From NCBI RefSeq assembly GCF_003334785.1, contig NZ_QOWV01000018.1: 64,000 bases of DNA; one strand, given 5' to 3'. The stretch is from Escherichia coli (GTDB taxonomy: Bacteria > Pseudomonadota > Gammaproteobacteria > Enterobacterales > Enterobacteriaceae). The notes under the pieces are model-generated. The model saw only the letters and a program-made list of their open reading frames with translations, made no database searches and had not been told where the DNA came from. The position numbers and the translations under genes are program-made. Below, in pieces: positions 21,794 to 33,347 of this stretch. The number at the start of each line of letters is the position of its first letter. The stretch's first letter is position 1.

Positions 21794-22987
21794 ATGACGG
21801 AACAAGAAAAAACCTCCGCCGTGGTTGAAGAGACCAGGGAGGCCGTGGACACCACGTCACAACCTGTCGCAACAGAAAAAAAGAGTAAGAACAATACCGC
21901 ATTGATTCTCAGCGCGGTGGCTATCGCTATTGCTCTGGCGGCGGGCATCGGTTTGTATGGCTGGGGTAAACAACAGGCCGTCAATCAGACCGCCACCAGC
22001 GATGCCCTGGCTAACCAACTGACGGCATTGCAAAAAGCCCAGGAGAGCCAAAAAGCCGAGCTGGAAGGCATTATTAAGCAACAAGCTGCACAACTTAAGC
22101 AGGCGAATCGTCAGCAAGAAACGCTGGCAAAACAGTTGGATGAAGTCCAACAAAAGGTCGCCACCATTTCCGGCAGCGATGCTAAAACCTGGCTGCTGGC
22201 TCAGGCCGATTTTCTGGTGAAACTCGCCGGACGGAAGCTGTGGAGCGATCAGGACGTCACGACCGCTGCAGCGTTGCTGAAAAGTGCAGACGCCAGCCTG
22301 GCGGATATGAATGACCCGAGTCTGATTACCGTTCGTCGGGCAATTACCGATGATATCGCCAGCCTTTCTGCAGTATCGCAGGTGGATTATGACGGCATAA
22401 TCCTTAAGCTTAATCAGCTTTCAAATCAGGTAGATAACCTGCGTCTGGCCGATAATGACAGCGATGGTTCGCCGATGGATTCAGACGGTGAAGAGCTTTC
22501 CAGTTCCATCAGCGAATGGCGTATCAATCTGCAAAAAAGCTGGCAGAACTTTATGGACAACTTCATTACGATTCGCCGTCGTGATGACACCGCCGTACCG
22601 CTGTTAGCGCCAAATCAGGATATCTATCTGCGCGAAAATATTCGCTCTCGCCTGCTGGTCGCAGCACAAGCTGTACCGCGTCACCAGGAAGAGACTTATC
22701 GCCAGGCGCTGGAGAACGTCTCCACCTGGGTACGTGCTTACTACGATACTGATGATGCCACCACCAAAGCGTTCCTCGACGAGGTGGACCAGTTAAGCCA
22801 GCAAAATATCTCGATGGATCTTCCGGAAACCCTGCAAAGCCAGGCGATGCTGGAAAAACTGATGCAGACTCGCGTGCGTAACCTGCTGGCACAACCGGCA
22901 GCGGGGACAACGGAAGCTAAACCTGCACCTGCACCTGCACCTGCACCGCAAGCTGATACTCCGGCAGCCGCGCCGCAAGGAGAATAA
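21794..22987 (+). CDS. hemX: HemX (putative uroporphyrinogen-III C-methyltransferase, membrane-anchored coiled-coil protein)
   Basis: 397 aa ORF with one TM segment, coiled-coil region and a C-terminal Pro/Ala-rich tail containing (PA)n. Confidence 0.9.
   Translation: MTEQEKTSAVVEETREAVDTTSQPVATEKKSKNNTALILSAVAIAIALAAGIGLYGWGKQQAVNQTATSDALANQLTALQKAQESQKAELEGIIKQQAAQLKQANRQQETLAKQLDEVQQKVATISGSDAKTWLLAQADFLVKLAGRKLWSDQDVTTAAALLKSADASLADMNDPSLITVRRAITDDIASLSAVSQVDYDGIILKLNQLSNQVDNLRLADNDSDGSPMDSDGEELSSSISEWRINLQKSWQNFMDNFITIRRRDDTAVPLLAPNQDIYLRENIRSRLLVAAQAVPRHQEETYRQALENVSTWVRAYYDTDDATTKAFLDEVDQLSQQNISMDLPETLQSQAMLEKLMQTRVRNLLAQPAAGTTEAKPAPAPAPAPQADTPAAAPQGE
22922..22945 (+). repeat. Perfect hexanucleotide tandem repeat (CCTGCA)x4 within the 3' end of hemX
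   Basis: cctgcacctgcacctgcacctgca read directly in the sequence; encodes PAPAPAPA. Confidence 0.9.
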
Positions 22988-22989
22988 CC

Positions 22990-24186
22990 ATGCTAAAAGT
23001 GTTATTGCTCTTTGTGTTGCTGATTGCGGGGATCGTGGTTGGCCCGATGATTGCCGGCCATCAGGGTTATGTGCTGATCCAGACCGACAACTACAATATC
23101 GAAACCAGCGTCACGGGCCTGGCGATCATATTGATTCTGGCGATGGTAGTGCTGTTTGCCATTGAGTGGCTACTGCGGCGGATCTTCCGCACTGGCGCGC
23201 ACACCCGTGGGTGGTTTGTCGGACGTAAGCGTCGCCGTGCACGTAAGCAGACCGAACAGGCGCTGCTGAAACTGGCGGAAGGCGATTATCAGCAAGTTGA
23301 AAAGCTGATGGCGAAAAATGCCGATCACGCGGAACAACCGGTGGTGAACTATCTACTGGCTGCCGAAGCCGCGCAACAACGTGGTGATGAAGCACGCGCC
23401 AACCAACATCTGGAACGCGCAGCGGAGCTGGCCGGCAACGACACCATTCCGGTAGAAATCACCCGCGTACGTCTGCAACTGGCCCGTAATGAAAACCATG
23501 CTGCACGCCACGGCGTGGATAAGCTGCTGGAAGTTACGCCACGCCATCCGGAAGTATTACGTCTGGCGGAACAGGCGTATATCCGCACAGGTGCATGGAG
23601 TTCGCTGCTGGATATTATCCCATCAATGGCGAAAGCCCATGTTGGTGATGAAGAACATCGTGCAATGCTGGAACAACAGGCATGGATTGGCCTGATGGAT
23701 CAGGCGCGTGCCGATAACGGTAGCGAAGGTTTGCGTAACTGGTGGAAAAACCAAAGCCGGAAAACGCGTCATCAGGTAGCGTTGCAGGTGGCAATGGCGG
23801 AACATCTTATTGAATGTGACGATCATGATACTGCCCAGCAAATTATCATCGATGGCCTGAAACGCCAGTACGACGATCGCCTACTGCTGCCGATTCCTCG
23901 ACTGAAAACAAACAATCCGGAACAGCTGGAAAAAGTGCTGCGCCAGCAAATCAAAAACGTCGGCGATCGCCCGCTGTTGTGGAGCACACTGGGCCAGTCA
24001 CTGATGAAGCACGGAGAATGGCAGGAAGCATCGCTCGCCTTCCGCGCAGCGCTGAAACAACGTCCGGACGCCTACGATTACGCATGGCTTGCCGACGCGC
24101 TGGACAGACTGCACAAGCCGGAAGAAGCTGCAGCGATGCGTCGCGACGGTTTGATGTTAACGTTGCAGAATAACCCGCCACAGTAG
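22990..24186 (+). CDS. hemY: HemY (TPR-containing inner membrane protein of the hem operon)
   Basis: 398 aa ORF with two N-terminal TM segments; immediately follows hemX. Confidence 0.93.
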   Translation: MLKVLLLFVLLIAGIVVGPMIAGHQGYVLIQTDNYNIETSVTGLAIILILAMVVLFAIEWLLRRIFRTGAHTRGWFVGRKRRRARKQTEQALLKLAEGDYQQVEKLMAKNADHAEQPVVNYLLAAEAAQQRGDEARANQHLERAAELAGNDTIPVEITRVRLQLARNENHAARHGVDKLLEVTPRHPEVLRLAEQAYIRTGAWSSLLDIIPSMAKAHVGDEEHRAMLEQQAWIGLMDQARADNGSEGLRNWWKNQSRKTRHQVALQVAMAEHLIECDDHDTAQQIIIDGLKRQYDDRLLLPIPRLKTNNPEQLEKVLRQQIKNVGDRPLLWSTLGQSLMKHGEWQEASLAFRAALKQRPDAYDYAWLADALDRLHKPEEAAAMRRDGLMLTLQNNPPQ

Positions 24187-24233
24187 TTCCTTCTCACCCG
24201 GAGGCAAGCACCTCCGGGGCCTTCCTGATACAT

Positions 24234-24440
24234 AAAAAAACGCCTGCTCTTATTACGGAGCAGGCGTTAAAACAGGTCTGTATGACAACAAGTGGGTGCT
24301 TCACTCAACGTTGTGTCCATGGTGTCTGATGAGGCATAAGCGACATCTGTCAGTGGACGATAAGCACCGTAAACGGCTCTGCGTCATTCCGGAGTTTATG
24401 AGGCACTAAGGCGAACATAAGAGATGGAATGAGCATCTAC
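24234..24440 (-). ncRNA. glmZ: small regulatory RNA GlmZ (SraJ/RyiA), activator of glmS translation
   Basis: Reverse complement of 24234-24440 reads GTAGATGCTCATTCCATCTCTTATGTTCGCC ... AACGCCTGCTCCGTAATAAGAGCAGGCGTTTTTTT, matching my recollection of GlmZ including its intrinsic terminator; lies in the hemY-aslA intergenic region. Confidence 0.88.
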
Positions 24441-24864
24441 TCGTTTATTATGCCACAGAGAATCGGGAAATAACATCCCTTAACACTTGTTATGAGATAA
24501 TTCTGTAATCCTCTTTGCTTCCTGAGTAATAACTTCCTGAGTGAATATTTAACCTGAGCTTGATCCTACACATACTTATTATGAATGATAAAATTCATTC
24601 AATTAATAACACATATATTAATTGCCGTTAAAACTAAAAACAGCATCAATAATCAACGCGATATAATAAACCTGCCTTACATATCAACTGCGCCAGAGGT
24701 AGGATTGAAAACGCTCTCCTGATTTTCCAATTCATTTTCTGGATAAATAAATAATTTATTTTTGTCACTATTATTTATGTAATCATCCTGTCAGGGAGAG
24801 GGATCTCAATTATCAATGCTTAATTACGTCATCATTTTGATGACATGAAACCGGAGCATTTTGC

Positions 24865-26520
24865 ATGGAATTTTCGTTTTCACCCAAACGTCTTGTTGTT
24901 GCTGTCGCCGCCGCTCTTCCTCTCATGGCCAGCGCAGCAGATACCCCGTCAACTGCCACCGCACGCAAAGGCTTTGCCGGATACGATCACCCAAACCAGT
25001 ATCTGGTTAAACCGGCGACCACTATTGCCGACAATATGATGCCAGTAATGCAGCATCCGGCGCAGGATAAAGAAACCCAGCAGAAGCTGGCAGAACTTGA
25101 GAAAAAAACCGGTAAGAAACCGAATGTGGTTGTTTTCTTGCTGGACGATGTGGGCTGGATGGACGTCGGTTTTAACGGTGGCGGCGTGGCGGTGGGTAAC
25201 CCTACACCAGATATCGACGCCGTTGCCAGCCAGGGGCTGATTTTAACTTCGGCGTATTCTCAACCAAGCTCTTCCCCAACCCGCGCCACCATTCTCACCG
25301 GACAATACTCCATCCACCACGGCATTCTGATGCCGCCAATGTACGGGCAACCGGGCGGGCTGCAAGGGTTAACCACGCTGCCGCAGTTGCTGCACGATCA
25401 GGGCTACGTCACTCAGGCCATCGGAAAATGGCATATGGGGGAAAACAAAGAGTCGCAGCCGCAGAACGTTGGCTTTGATGATTTCCGTGGCTTTAACTCG
25501 GTGTCTGATATGTACACCGAATGGCGCGACGTTCACGTCAATCCGGAAGTGGCCCTGAGTCCGGACCGTTCTGAATACATCAAGCAATTACCGTTCAGCA
25601 AAGATGACGTTCATGCGGTGCGCGGCGGCGAACAACAGGCCATTGCCGACATTACGCCGAAATATATGGAAGATCTGGATCAACGCTGGATGGACTATGG
25701 CGTTAAGTTCCTCGACAAGATGGCGAAGAGCGATAAACCATTCTTCCTCTACTACGGCACTCGTGGCTGCCACTTCGATAACTACCCAAATGCGAAATAT
25801 GCGGGTAGCTCTCCGGCACGCACCTCGTATGGCGACTGCATGGTGGAGATGAACGATGTGTTCGCTAATCTGTATAAAACACTGGAGAAAAACGGTCAGC
25901 TTGATAACACGCTGATCGTCTTTACCTCCGATAACGGACCGGAAGCCGAAGTACCGCCGCACGGACGCACCCCGTTCCGTGGTGCGAAAGGTTCGACCTG
26001 GGAAGGCGGCGTTCGCGTACCGACTTTCGTTTACTGGAAAGGGATGATCCAACCGCGTAAATCTGACGGTATTGTCGATCTGGCAGATCTCTTCCCTACC
26101 GCGCTGGATCTGGCAGGGCATCCTGGAGCGAAAGTGGCGAATTTAGTGCCGAAAACCACCTTTATCGATGGTGTGGACCAGACATCCTTCTTCCTGGGAA
26201 CAAATGGTCAGTCTAACCGTAAGGCCGAGCACTACTTCCTCAACGGTAAACTCGCTGCTGTGCGTATGGATGAGTTCAAGTATCACGTCCTGATTCAGCA
26301 ACCTTACGCTTATACCCAGAGCGGATATCAGGGTGGATTCACCGGCACAGTAATGCAAACGGCGGGATCGTCGGTGTTTAACCTCTACACCGATCCGCAG
26401 GAAAGCGACTCCATCGGCGTGCGCCATATTCCGATGGGTGTACCGCTACAGACCGAAATGCACGCGTATATGGAGATCCTGAAAAAATATCCACCACGCG
26501 CGCAGATTAAATCTGACTAA
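24865..26520 (+). CDS. aslA: arylsulfatase (type I sulfatase)
   Basis: 551 aa ORF with signal peptide and sulfatase signature around [15 protein letters not shown]. Confidence 0.93.
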
Positions 26521-26548
26521 GCCGGCGCTATCGCTGAGATCTGCCTTT

Positions 26549-26653
<105 letters not shown>

Positions 26654-26678
26654 ATCAACCGCAGGCGGCCGCCGATTT

Positions 26679-27914
26679 CTACTTACTCACCACCAGCAAA
26701 TGCGCATGCATAATGTCGCTGGCCGGGCGACCGTGCGCCAGCAAATCAGCCATTGCTTTAAGATATGGCGGTAGATGGCGGAAATAACGCTGATACCCGG
26801 CACACAAATAATTCAGTCCCGGTTTGCCGCTGGCATCGAGCATGAAGCGGTGTTTCGGGCAGCCTCCCCAGCACGCTTTTAACACGTTACAACTGCGACA
26901 CTGCGCCGGTAACTGCTTAAATTTATCTTCACCAAACGCCTGCTGTTGCGGGGAATCGATCATTTCTGCAATTGTTTGCTGGTGCATATTCCCCAGCCGA
27001 TATTGCGGATAAACATAGTGATCACAGGCGTAAACGTCGCCGTTGTGCTCAACAATCACCGAGCGCCCACAGGTTGGCTGATGATGGCAAACCGCACCCG
27101 GCGCACCGACAAAATTGGCAAACGCCCATTCGATATTCATCACGAAAATCTTGCCGACGTCGCGTTTGATCCAGTGGTCGAATATCGCCACCAGAAACTC
27201 ACCGAACTCCTCGGGGCGCACCGACCATTCCGTTAGCTCACCCTGAATATCACCAGGCGCATGTAACTTAAGTCCATCGCGGGCAGTTGTTTCATCAGCC
27301 AGGCGCTCGACCACCGGAATAAACTGGATGAATTCGACTCCCGCATCGCACAAAAAATCATATACCTGCAACGGTTGCTGCGCGCTGGTGCGATTAACGC
27401 AGACCAGCACGTTATAGTCGACATGATGTTTTTGCAGGAGCGTCAGGGCACGCATCACCAGCTTATGCGTGGGTCTGCCACCTTTAGTCACGCGATATTG
27501 ATTGTGGATCTCAGGCGGGCCATCCAGCGATAAACCAACAAGAAAATGATGCTCCGCGAGAAACGCGCACCATTCGTCATCCAGCAGCACGCCGTTAGTC
27601 TGGAAGCTGTTACTTATCTTCCTGCCAGCACCATATTTCGCCTGTAGCGCTACGGCACGGCGGTAAAACGCCAGCCCGAGTAGCGTTGGTTCGCCGCCCT
27701 GCCAGGTAAAAGCCACTTCGTTTTGCGGTTCGCTGGCAGCGATATAGTGACGGACATACGCTTCCAGCGTGTCATCGTCCATATGCGTGACTGGCTTTTC
27801 GCGGTAAAGGGATTGTTTTTCGAGATAAAAACAGTAGTCACAGTTCAGATTACAATCGGAACCGCTCGGTTTCGCCATCACATGAAAAGCACGCGTTGGA
27901 ACCTGTTGCAGCAT
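26679..27914 (-). CDS. aslB: anaerobic sulfatase-maturating enzyme homologue (radical SAM)
   Basis: Canonical start MLQQVPTRAFHVMAKP within track ORF; radical SAM CxxxCxxC motif (CNLNCDYC); 411 aa. Confidence 0.92.
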   Translation of the reverse strand: MLQQVPTRAFHVMAKPSGSDCNLNCDYCFYLEKQSLYREKPVTHMDDDTLEAYVRHYIAASEPQNEVAFTWQGGEPTLLGLAFYRRAVALQAKYGAGRKISNSFQTNGVLLDDEWCAFLAEHHFLVGLSLDGPPEIHNQYRVTKGGRPTHKLVMRALTLLQKHHVDYNVLVCVNRTSAQQPLQVYDFLCDAGVEFIQFIPVVERLADETTARDGLKLHAPGDIQGELTEWSVRPEEFGEFLVAIFDHWIKRDVGKIFVMNIEWAFANFVGAPGAVCHHQPTCGRSVIVEHNGDVYACDHYVYPQYRLGNMHQQTIAEMIDSPQQQAFGEDKFKQLPAQCRSCNVLKACWGGCPKHRFMLDASGKPGLNYLCAGYQRYFRHLPPYLKAMADLLAHGRPASDIMHAHLLVVSK

Positions 27915-28028
27915 GGTCGCTCCTTGCCTGAAGTCATCCTTCAATACGTTAAGGGCGAAATCATACCGTGGGGCAATGAGTTATTACGGGCGTTTATTGC
28001 GAAGGGAGGGTGACGAAATGCACAGAAA

Positions 28029-28054
28029 ACAAAAAACCCCGCCGAAGCGGGGTT
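28029..28054 (-). terminator. Rho-independent terminator of the argX-hisR-leuT-proM tRNA operon
   Basis: Minus-strand hairpin ccccgcttcggcgggg followed by TTTTTTGTTTT, directly after proM. Confidence 0.8.
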
Positions 28055-28060
28055 CAAAAT

Positions 28061-28137
28061 TGGTCGGCGAGAGAGGATTCGAACCTCCGACCCACTGGTC
28101 CCAAACCAGTTGCGCTACCAAGCTGCGCTACTCGCCG
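28061..28137 (-). tRNA. proM: tRNA-Pro (anticodon UGG)
   Basis: Reverse complement CGGCGAGTAGCGCAGCTTGGTAGCGCAACTGGTTTGGGACCAGTGGGTCGGAGGTTCGAATCCTCTCTCGCCGACCA, 77 nt with encoded CCA. Confidence 0.97.
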
Positions 28138-28179
28138 AAATACTGCTTTTTGAATTTTTAGTTCAATTCTTTAAAGTCG

Positions 28180-28266
28180 TGGTGCGAGGGGGGGGACTTG
28201 AACCCCCACGTCCGTAAGGACACTAACACCTGAAGCTAGCGCGTCTACCAATTCCGCCACCTTCGC
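28180..28266 (-). tRNA. leuT: tRNA-Leu (anticodon CAG)
   Basis: Reverse complement GCGAAGGTGGCGGAATTGGTAGACGCGCTAGCTTCAGGTGTTAGTGTCCTTACGGACGTGGGGGTTCAAGTCCCCCCCCTCGCACCA, 87 nt. Confidence 0.97.
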
Positions 28267-28286
28267 ATTGTCACAACTTCTAATAA

Positions 28287-28363
28287 TGGGGTGGCTAATG
28301 GGATTCGAACCCACGACAACTGGAATCACAATCCAGGGCTCTACCAACTGAGCTATAGCCACC
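28287..28363 (-). tRNA. hisR: tRNA-His (anticodon GUG) with extra 5' G
   Basis: Reverse complement GGTGGCTATAGCTCAGTTGGTAGAGCCCTGGATTGTGATTCCAGTTGTCGTGGGTTCGAATCCCATTAGCCACCCCA. Confidence 0.97.
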
Positions 28364-28420
28364 ACTACAAATCTTGTTACGCGGTATTACTACCACCGCA
28401 GCTCAAGCGCCGGGACTAAA

Positions 28421-28497
<77 letters not shown>

Positions 28498-28518
28498 TTA
28501 GCGCCGTTTCGGGGGTGG

Positions 28519-28547
28519 ATAATACGGACTTCCCACCCCTCTGTCTA
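28519..28547 (-). promoter_or_regulatory. Putative sigma-70 promoter of the tRNA operon
   Basis: On the minus strand TAGACA, 17-bp spacer, TATTAT, then a GC-rich discriminator (CCACCCCC) about 20 bp before argX; pattern-based only. Confidence 0.5.
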
Positions 28548-28599
28548 GTCCCTTTTTAAATAAATTGCGCGTTTGGTTACGGTTTGTGCGTTTTGCTGC

Positions 28600-29985
28600 T
28601 TATTCCTCCAGTTTATGCGCTTTCCCGTGGCGATTAAGGCCAAAAACTTTATAAATCGCCGTCACCGCCAGCATAAAGATGATGCCAACAAACAGCGACA
28701 TACGCGTATCTTCATTAAAGTACATGCCGATCAAAACGCAAATCAGGAATGCCATTGTTACGTAATTGGCCCACGGGAACAGGATTGAGCGGAACGGATG
28801 GCTGGCAATCGCCGCTTTATGTGCACGCCGAAAACGCAGCTGGCTTATCAATATCACAAACCATGGCACCATCCCCGGAAGCACGCTGGCACTGTAGACG
28901 TAGACAAACACACGCTGCGGATTGGGAATGATGTAGTTCAGGCATGAGCCAATTAGCAGAATAGCAATAGATACTGCCACACCCGCAACCGGTACGCCGT
29001 GACGGGAAACTTTCGCCATTGCCGCCGGTAACTGACGGTTTTTCGCCAGTGCGTAGAGCATACGTCCGCAACTGTACATGCCGCTGTTACAGCCAGAGAG
29101 CGCAGCCGTCAGCACCACAAAGTTGATAATGCCCGCCGCTGCGGTAATACCGATTTTGGCAAAAGTCAGTACGAACGGGCTGCCGTTGCTGCCTATTTCA
29201 TTCCACGGGAAGATGGTGACGATAACGAAAATCGCGCCTACGTAGAAAATCAGGATCCGCCACAGCACCTTGCCTACGGCACTGCGCAGCGTCACCTGCG
29301 GATTCTTCGCTTCACCGGCAGTAATGCCAATCAGCTCCACGCCCTGGTAGGACGCCACCACAATACACAGAGCGGTCAGGAACCCTTTCCAGCCACCCGC
29401 AAAGAAACCGCCATGCTCTGTGAGATTGCTAAAACCAATCGACTGCCCGCCATTGCCAAAGCCAAAGAAAATCACGCCCAGGCCAATGACAATCATCACG
29501 ATAATCGTGGTGACTTTGATCATCGCGAACCAGAACTCGATTTCGCCGTACAACCGCACCGCCGCCAGATTCGCCAACGCCACCAGCGCCACTGCGATCA
29601 ATGCGGGTATCCACTGCGCCATCTCCGGGAACCAGAACTGGACATAAACGCCAATGGCGGTGATTTCAGAGATCCCCACCGCCATCCACATAAACCAGTA
29701 AGACCAGGCGGTGAGATAGCCAAAGAACGGGCTCATATAACGATGCGCATAAACGGCGAACGAACCGGTAACCGGTTCGAGGAACAACATTTCGCCCATT
29801 GAACGCATGATGAAAAAGACGAACAGCCCGGCGATGATATAGGCCAACAATACGGATGGCCCGGCCCATTTCAGGGTACTGGCGGCCCCCATAAACAGGC
29901 CGACGCCAATGGTGCCCCCCAGGGCGATGAGTTCGATATGTCGAGCTTCCAGCCCACGCTGTAGCTCTGGTTTGTTATCTGCCAT
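28600..29985 (-). CDS. yifK: APC-family amino acid permease YifK
   Basis: 461 aa polytopic membrane ORF; K-12 synteny. Confidence 0.9.
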
Positions 29986-30117
29986 AAATCCTCGTGTTGT
30001 GTTTGCATGCTTTCCGGTGTTACCGGTTATCGTTATGGGTACATCGAGTGTTGCAAATGTTTTCGTAATTCAGGAGAAATGGCAAATAAAGCATTAAAAA
30101 TTTGAATGCTTTGTGTA

Positions 30118-30157
30118 ATAAAAAAGCAGACAGGCGACGGAGTGACCACTCCGTCGC
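30118..30157 (-). terminator. Rho-independent terminator at the distal end of the wec/rff operon
   Basis: Minus-strand hairpin gcgacggagtggtcactccgtcgc followed by a T-rich tract, 20 bp after the wecG stop. Confidence 0.7.
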
Positions 30158-30175
30158 TTTACAAAGAGAGGAAAA

Positions 30176-30916
30176 TCATAGGTTGCCGGTGTAGTGCCAG
30201 CGTAAATAACGCAGCAAACGAAGCTGACGCTTAATGCGGCTCGGCTGCGAAAGCAGGCGGTAGAGCCACTCCAGCCCCAGCGTTTGCCAGATTTTCGGTG
30301 CGCGTTTTACGTGACCGGTGAAAACATCGTAAGTCCCGCCAACGCCCATATACAGCGCATCTGGATGTACCAGACGGCAGTCGCGCATGATGATCTCCTG
30401 CTTTGGCGATCCCATCGCAACGGTGACGATTTGCGCACCGCTGGCATGAATGCGTTCAAACAGCGCCTGACGCTGCTCGGGTTTAAAATAACCATCCTGA
30501 CTGCCAACGATATTCACATTCCACTGGTTGCGCAGTTTAGCTTCAGTTTGCGCCAGCACTTCAGGTTTACCGCCCACAAGAAATACCGGCGTCCCTTCTT
30601 TGCCTGCGCGCGCCATCAGCTCTTCCCAGAGATCGGCACCGGCAACGCGGGAAACCTGCGCCTGCGGGTACTTTTTACGTACTGAACGTACAACGCTGAT
30701 GCCATCCGCATATTTAAATTCGGCAGCGTTAATTAACTCCCTGACCTCGGCGTTATCTTCAATAGTCAGCATTTTTTCAGCATTAATGGCAACCAGCGTT
30801 CCCTGCTTAAGCTGCCCGTCAGCAAACAGATAATCGAGGGCGTGCTGCATATCACGCCAACCAATCAACTGTAAGCCACGCAGCGTATAGGTTGGTGCCG
30901 TGGTGTTGTTATTCAT
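30176..30916 (-). CDS. wecG: UDP-ManNAcA transferase of ECA biosynthesis (WecB/TagA/CpsF glycosyltransferase family)
   Basis: 246 aa ORF; last gene of the wec cluster. Confidence 0.92.
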   Translation of the reverse strand: MNNNTTAPTYTLRGLQLIGWRDMQHALDYLFADGQLKQGTLVAINAEKMLTIEDNAEVRELINAAEFKYADGISVVRSVRKKYPQAQVSRVAGADLWEELMARAGKEGTPVFLVGGKPEVLAQTEAKLRNQWNVNIVGSQDGYFKPEQRQALFERIHASGAQIVTVAMGSPKQEIIMRDCRLVHPDALYMGVGGTYDVFTGHVKRAPKIWQTLGLEWLYRLLSQPSRIKRQLRLLRYLRWHYTGNL

Positions 30917-30918
30917 TG

Positions 30919-32271
30919 TTATCCTTCAACCTGCGTCCGGAGCGATGATTTTGTACGTTTATGAATGAGTCCGGCGCTTTCAAAAAGCCAGTACAACAGT
31001 TTTGCGATCATCAGACATGCGCCGAAGACCACGATAAAAAAGACCACGCGTGAGACAAACGAATCCAGCCCTTCACGCGCCAGCACGATCATATTGAAGA
31101 TCGCCCCAAAGCAGAAACTGTGCAATATCGCAGCTTTATAGCGATTAGGCTCGCGGTTGCCCAGCTCATACAGCCAGTCGAACCATTTGATGATCAGACC
31201 AACCACGATCGCCCCGAGCGGGATGAACAACGCGCCGCCCATCACCACCAGTGAGCCTATAAGCGTAGGCGAGATCGCCAGTCCGGAGTGGTTATTCAGC
31301 ACTTCCCAGGTAAAGTAGTTGGCTGAGTTCAGCACCATACTCGGGCGACCCGGCCACAGCCAGGAAGGGATAAAGACATAGAAATCGCGGACAATTGGAG
31401 CCAGGCCCTGGAAGTCGATGTTGTCGTAGTTCTGCAACAGCAACGCCAGATTCTCCCACGGCGAGAAGGTGTCGCGAGTGAGATAGAGAAACGTATAGAA
31501 CGCTTCATCGCCGCTCACATTCATTCCATAGCGTTTTAGTGCCAGCCAGAACATGCCAACAATCCCCAGCACGCCCGCCGCCGCCAGCATCCACAACGAA
31601 ATCCAGCCGCGAATAATGCCAATAAACAGGAAGATAGCGAATGCGATGATGATATTGGCGCGAGTGCCGCCGACAATCATATAAGTCAGCAAGCCAAAGG
31701 CGACCGTGCTGACGAGGAAAAACAGCCACGCTTTGCTGTCCTGGCGCAGAAAGTAGACCACCAGCATCGCCGGGATGAAAAAGTAAAAGAAGCGTTTTAA
31801 CGCCACGCCGGAGACTTCACTGGAAAAGATCTGACTGTAGGAGTTAAGCCGGAACAGCAAAAAGCCGTTGTGCATGAAGAAGATGCCGACGCTTACCAGC
31901 GCGATACCCATCAGGATCACCCACGTAAGATTGGTCTCCACGCGGTTCATGGTAAACAGCGGACGGCGCGGTACATCAGCAACGCGTTTGCGTAGGCGGG
32001 TTTTGTAGGTGACATAGTAAACCGCGTAGAAGCAGCCCGCAGAAAGCAACGCCTGCAACAAGATTTCTGGCGGCGCGACACCAACATCAAAGCGAAATAC
32101 CAGCACGCTGGTCAGCGGGAAGCCGAAGAAAAAGGTGAGCAAAAACAGCAATGAAAAGAAGACATTGAAGTTAAAGCGCACACGGCGAAACTCAAACCAG
32201 GTCAGCGTGGCAATAAACAGCGTGCAGAGCAGCCAGACAACAAACAGGCCACTGAATTGCAGCAGACTCAT
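30919..32271 (-). CDS. wzyE: enterobacterial common antigen polymerase
   Basis: 450 aa polytopic membrane ORF. Confidence 0.92.
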   Translation of the reverse strand: MSLLQFSGLFVVWLLCTLFIATLTWFEFRRVRFNFNVFFSLLFLLTFFFGFPLTSVLVFRFDVGVAPPEILLQALLSAGCFYAVYYVTYKTRLRKRVADVPRRPLFTMNRVETNLTWVILMGIALVSVGIFFMHNGFLLFRLNSYSQIFSSEVSGVALKRFFYFFIPAMLVVYFLRQDSKAWLFFLVSTVAFGLLTYMIVGGTRANIIIAFAIFLFIGIIRGWISLWMLAAAGVLGIVGMFWLALKRYGMNVSGDEAFYTFLYLTRDTFSPWENLALLLQNYDNIDFQGLAPIVRDFYVFIPSWLWPGRPSMVLNSANYFTWEVLNNHSGLAISPTLIGSLVVMGGALFIPLGAIVVGLIIKWFDWLYELGNREPNRYKAAILHSFCFGAIFNMIVLAREGLDSFVSRVVFFIVVFGACLMIAKLLYWLFESAGLIHKRTKSSLRTQVEG

Positions 32272-33347
32272 GCGACCTCCCCGGCGGCAATCGCCAACGC
32301 CCGCTGCCAGCCTTGTAGATAGTTAGGGCTAAAGAAGGCAATGGTGTTTTTATCCACCGACGCCAACTGGCGCTGCGCTTCACGCACAATATCCTCGTTG
32401 AGATCGTCGGTAGTAAACAGCACCGGCAAATGTTGTTCCGTCATATCCTGCCAGAACGGATTTTCCCGGTTAAGCACACAAGGAATGCCCGCCTGAATCA
32501 GTAAGCACAGCGTACCAATGCCCTGCTGGCGGGCAAAAATAAAGTAACCAAGATCGCACTGACGAAGTAGCGCCAGATAGGCGTCAAATTCCAGTTTTTC
32601 GCTCAGAATTTGTAGATTTTCTTCGCTGAATAACTCCAGCCCCGCCTGACGAACTTCCTCAATGTACGCTTCGTTATTAGGCGGATATCCCATCGGCACC
32701 ACCACTTTTACCGTATCGCCAAATTGCTGATGAACGGCGCGCAAGGCAGCAATATGCTCATTGCTGCGGTCGCCGGAGTTCCCCACCAGAATGGTCATTT
32801 TCCCTTCACGTTGCCGATCGTTCGCCATCGTATTGAGCGAAGGGTCCATCCGCGTCGGGAAGAACAGCAGTTCGCCCCGCACCTTTGGGTGCGTTTTGGC
32901 AAAAAAGCTCAAATCGCCGCGGGTGGCAAATACACAGCCGACTCGCTTTTGCGCCAGGCGACGTAGTGGGTAAAAAAGCTTATATCTCAAGCCACTGGAA
33001 AGCTCATACAGGTCTGCCCCCCAGATATGCCAGAAAAACTGGCTGGGCTTAATGCCACCACTCAGCAGAGCCAGCCACAGTGTGGGATTGAACTGACCGT
33101 GGAAGAAAAAACGCTGCTGACGGTTAGCTTTTGCTTTCGCGATGACCGCTTCCGCCAGCGATTTTTTCCCAGGGAAAAATTGCACAGAAAGCGCCGGACA
33201 GCTATCACTTAAGCCGTCGTCCTTGCCAACAACCATAAACTCGCGCGCGTGCTCGCTCGTCGCGGCCAGCGCGTCATTGAAAAACCGCAAAACGGTTCGG
33301 TTATGGTGAGGGATATCCGATCCCAGTACGTGAATCAGTACAGTCAT
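32268..33347 (-). CDS. wecF: TDP-Fuc4NAc:lipid II 4-alpha-L-fucosaminyltransferase
   Basis: 359 aa ORF; 4-nt overlaps with wzxE and wzyE. Confidence 0.92.
   Translation of the reverse strand: MTVLIHVLGSDIPHHNRTVLRFFNDALAATSEHAREFMVVGKDDGLSDSCPALSVQFFPGKKSLAEAVIAKAKANRQQRFFFHGQFNPTLWLALLSGGIKPSQFFWHIWGADLYELSSGLRYKLFYPLRRLAQKRVGCVFATRGDLSFFAKTHPKVRGELLFFPTRMDPSLNTMANDRQREGKMTILVGNSGDRSNEHIAALRAVHQQFGDTVKVVVPMGYPPNNEAYIEEVRQAGLELFSEENLQILSEKLEFDAYLALLRQCDLGYFIFARQQGIGTLCLLIQAGIPCVLNRENPFWQDMTEQHLPVLFTTDDLNEDIVREAQRQLASVDKNTIAFFSPNYLQGWQRALAIAAGEVA

Noticed and set aside
22922-22945. Short perfect tandem repeat considered as a possible CRISPR or other repeat array
   Set aside because: Only four 6-bp units, no spacers, and in-frame inside hemX; it is a coding microsatellite, not a CRISPR array.
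24845-25039. 64-aa plus-strand ORF upstream of and overlapping the aslA start
   Set aside because: Out of frame with and overlapping the aslA signal-peptide region; aslA's own start is well supported. Likely spurious.
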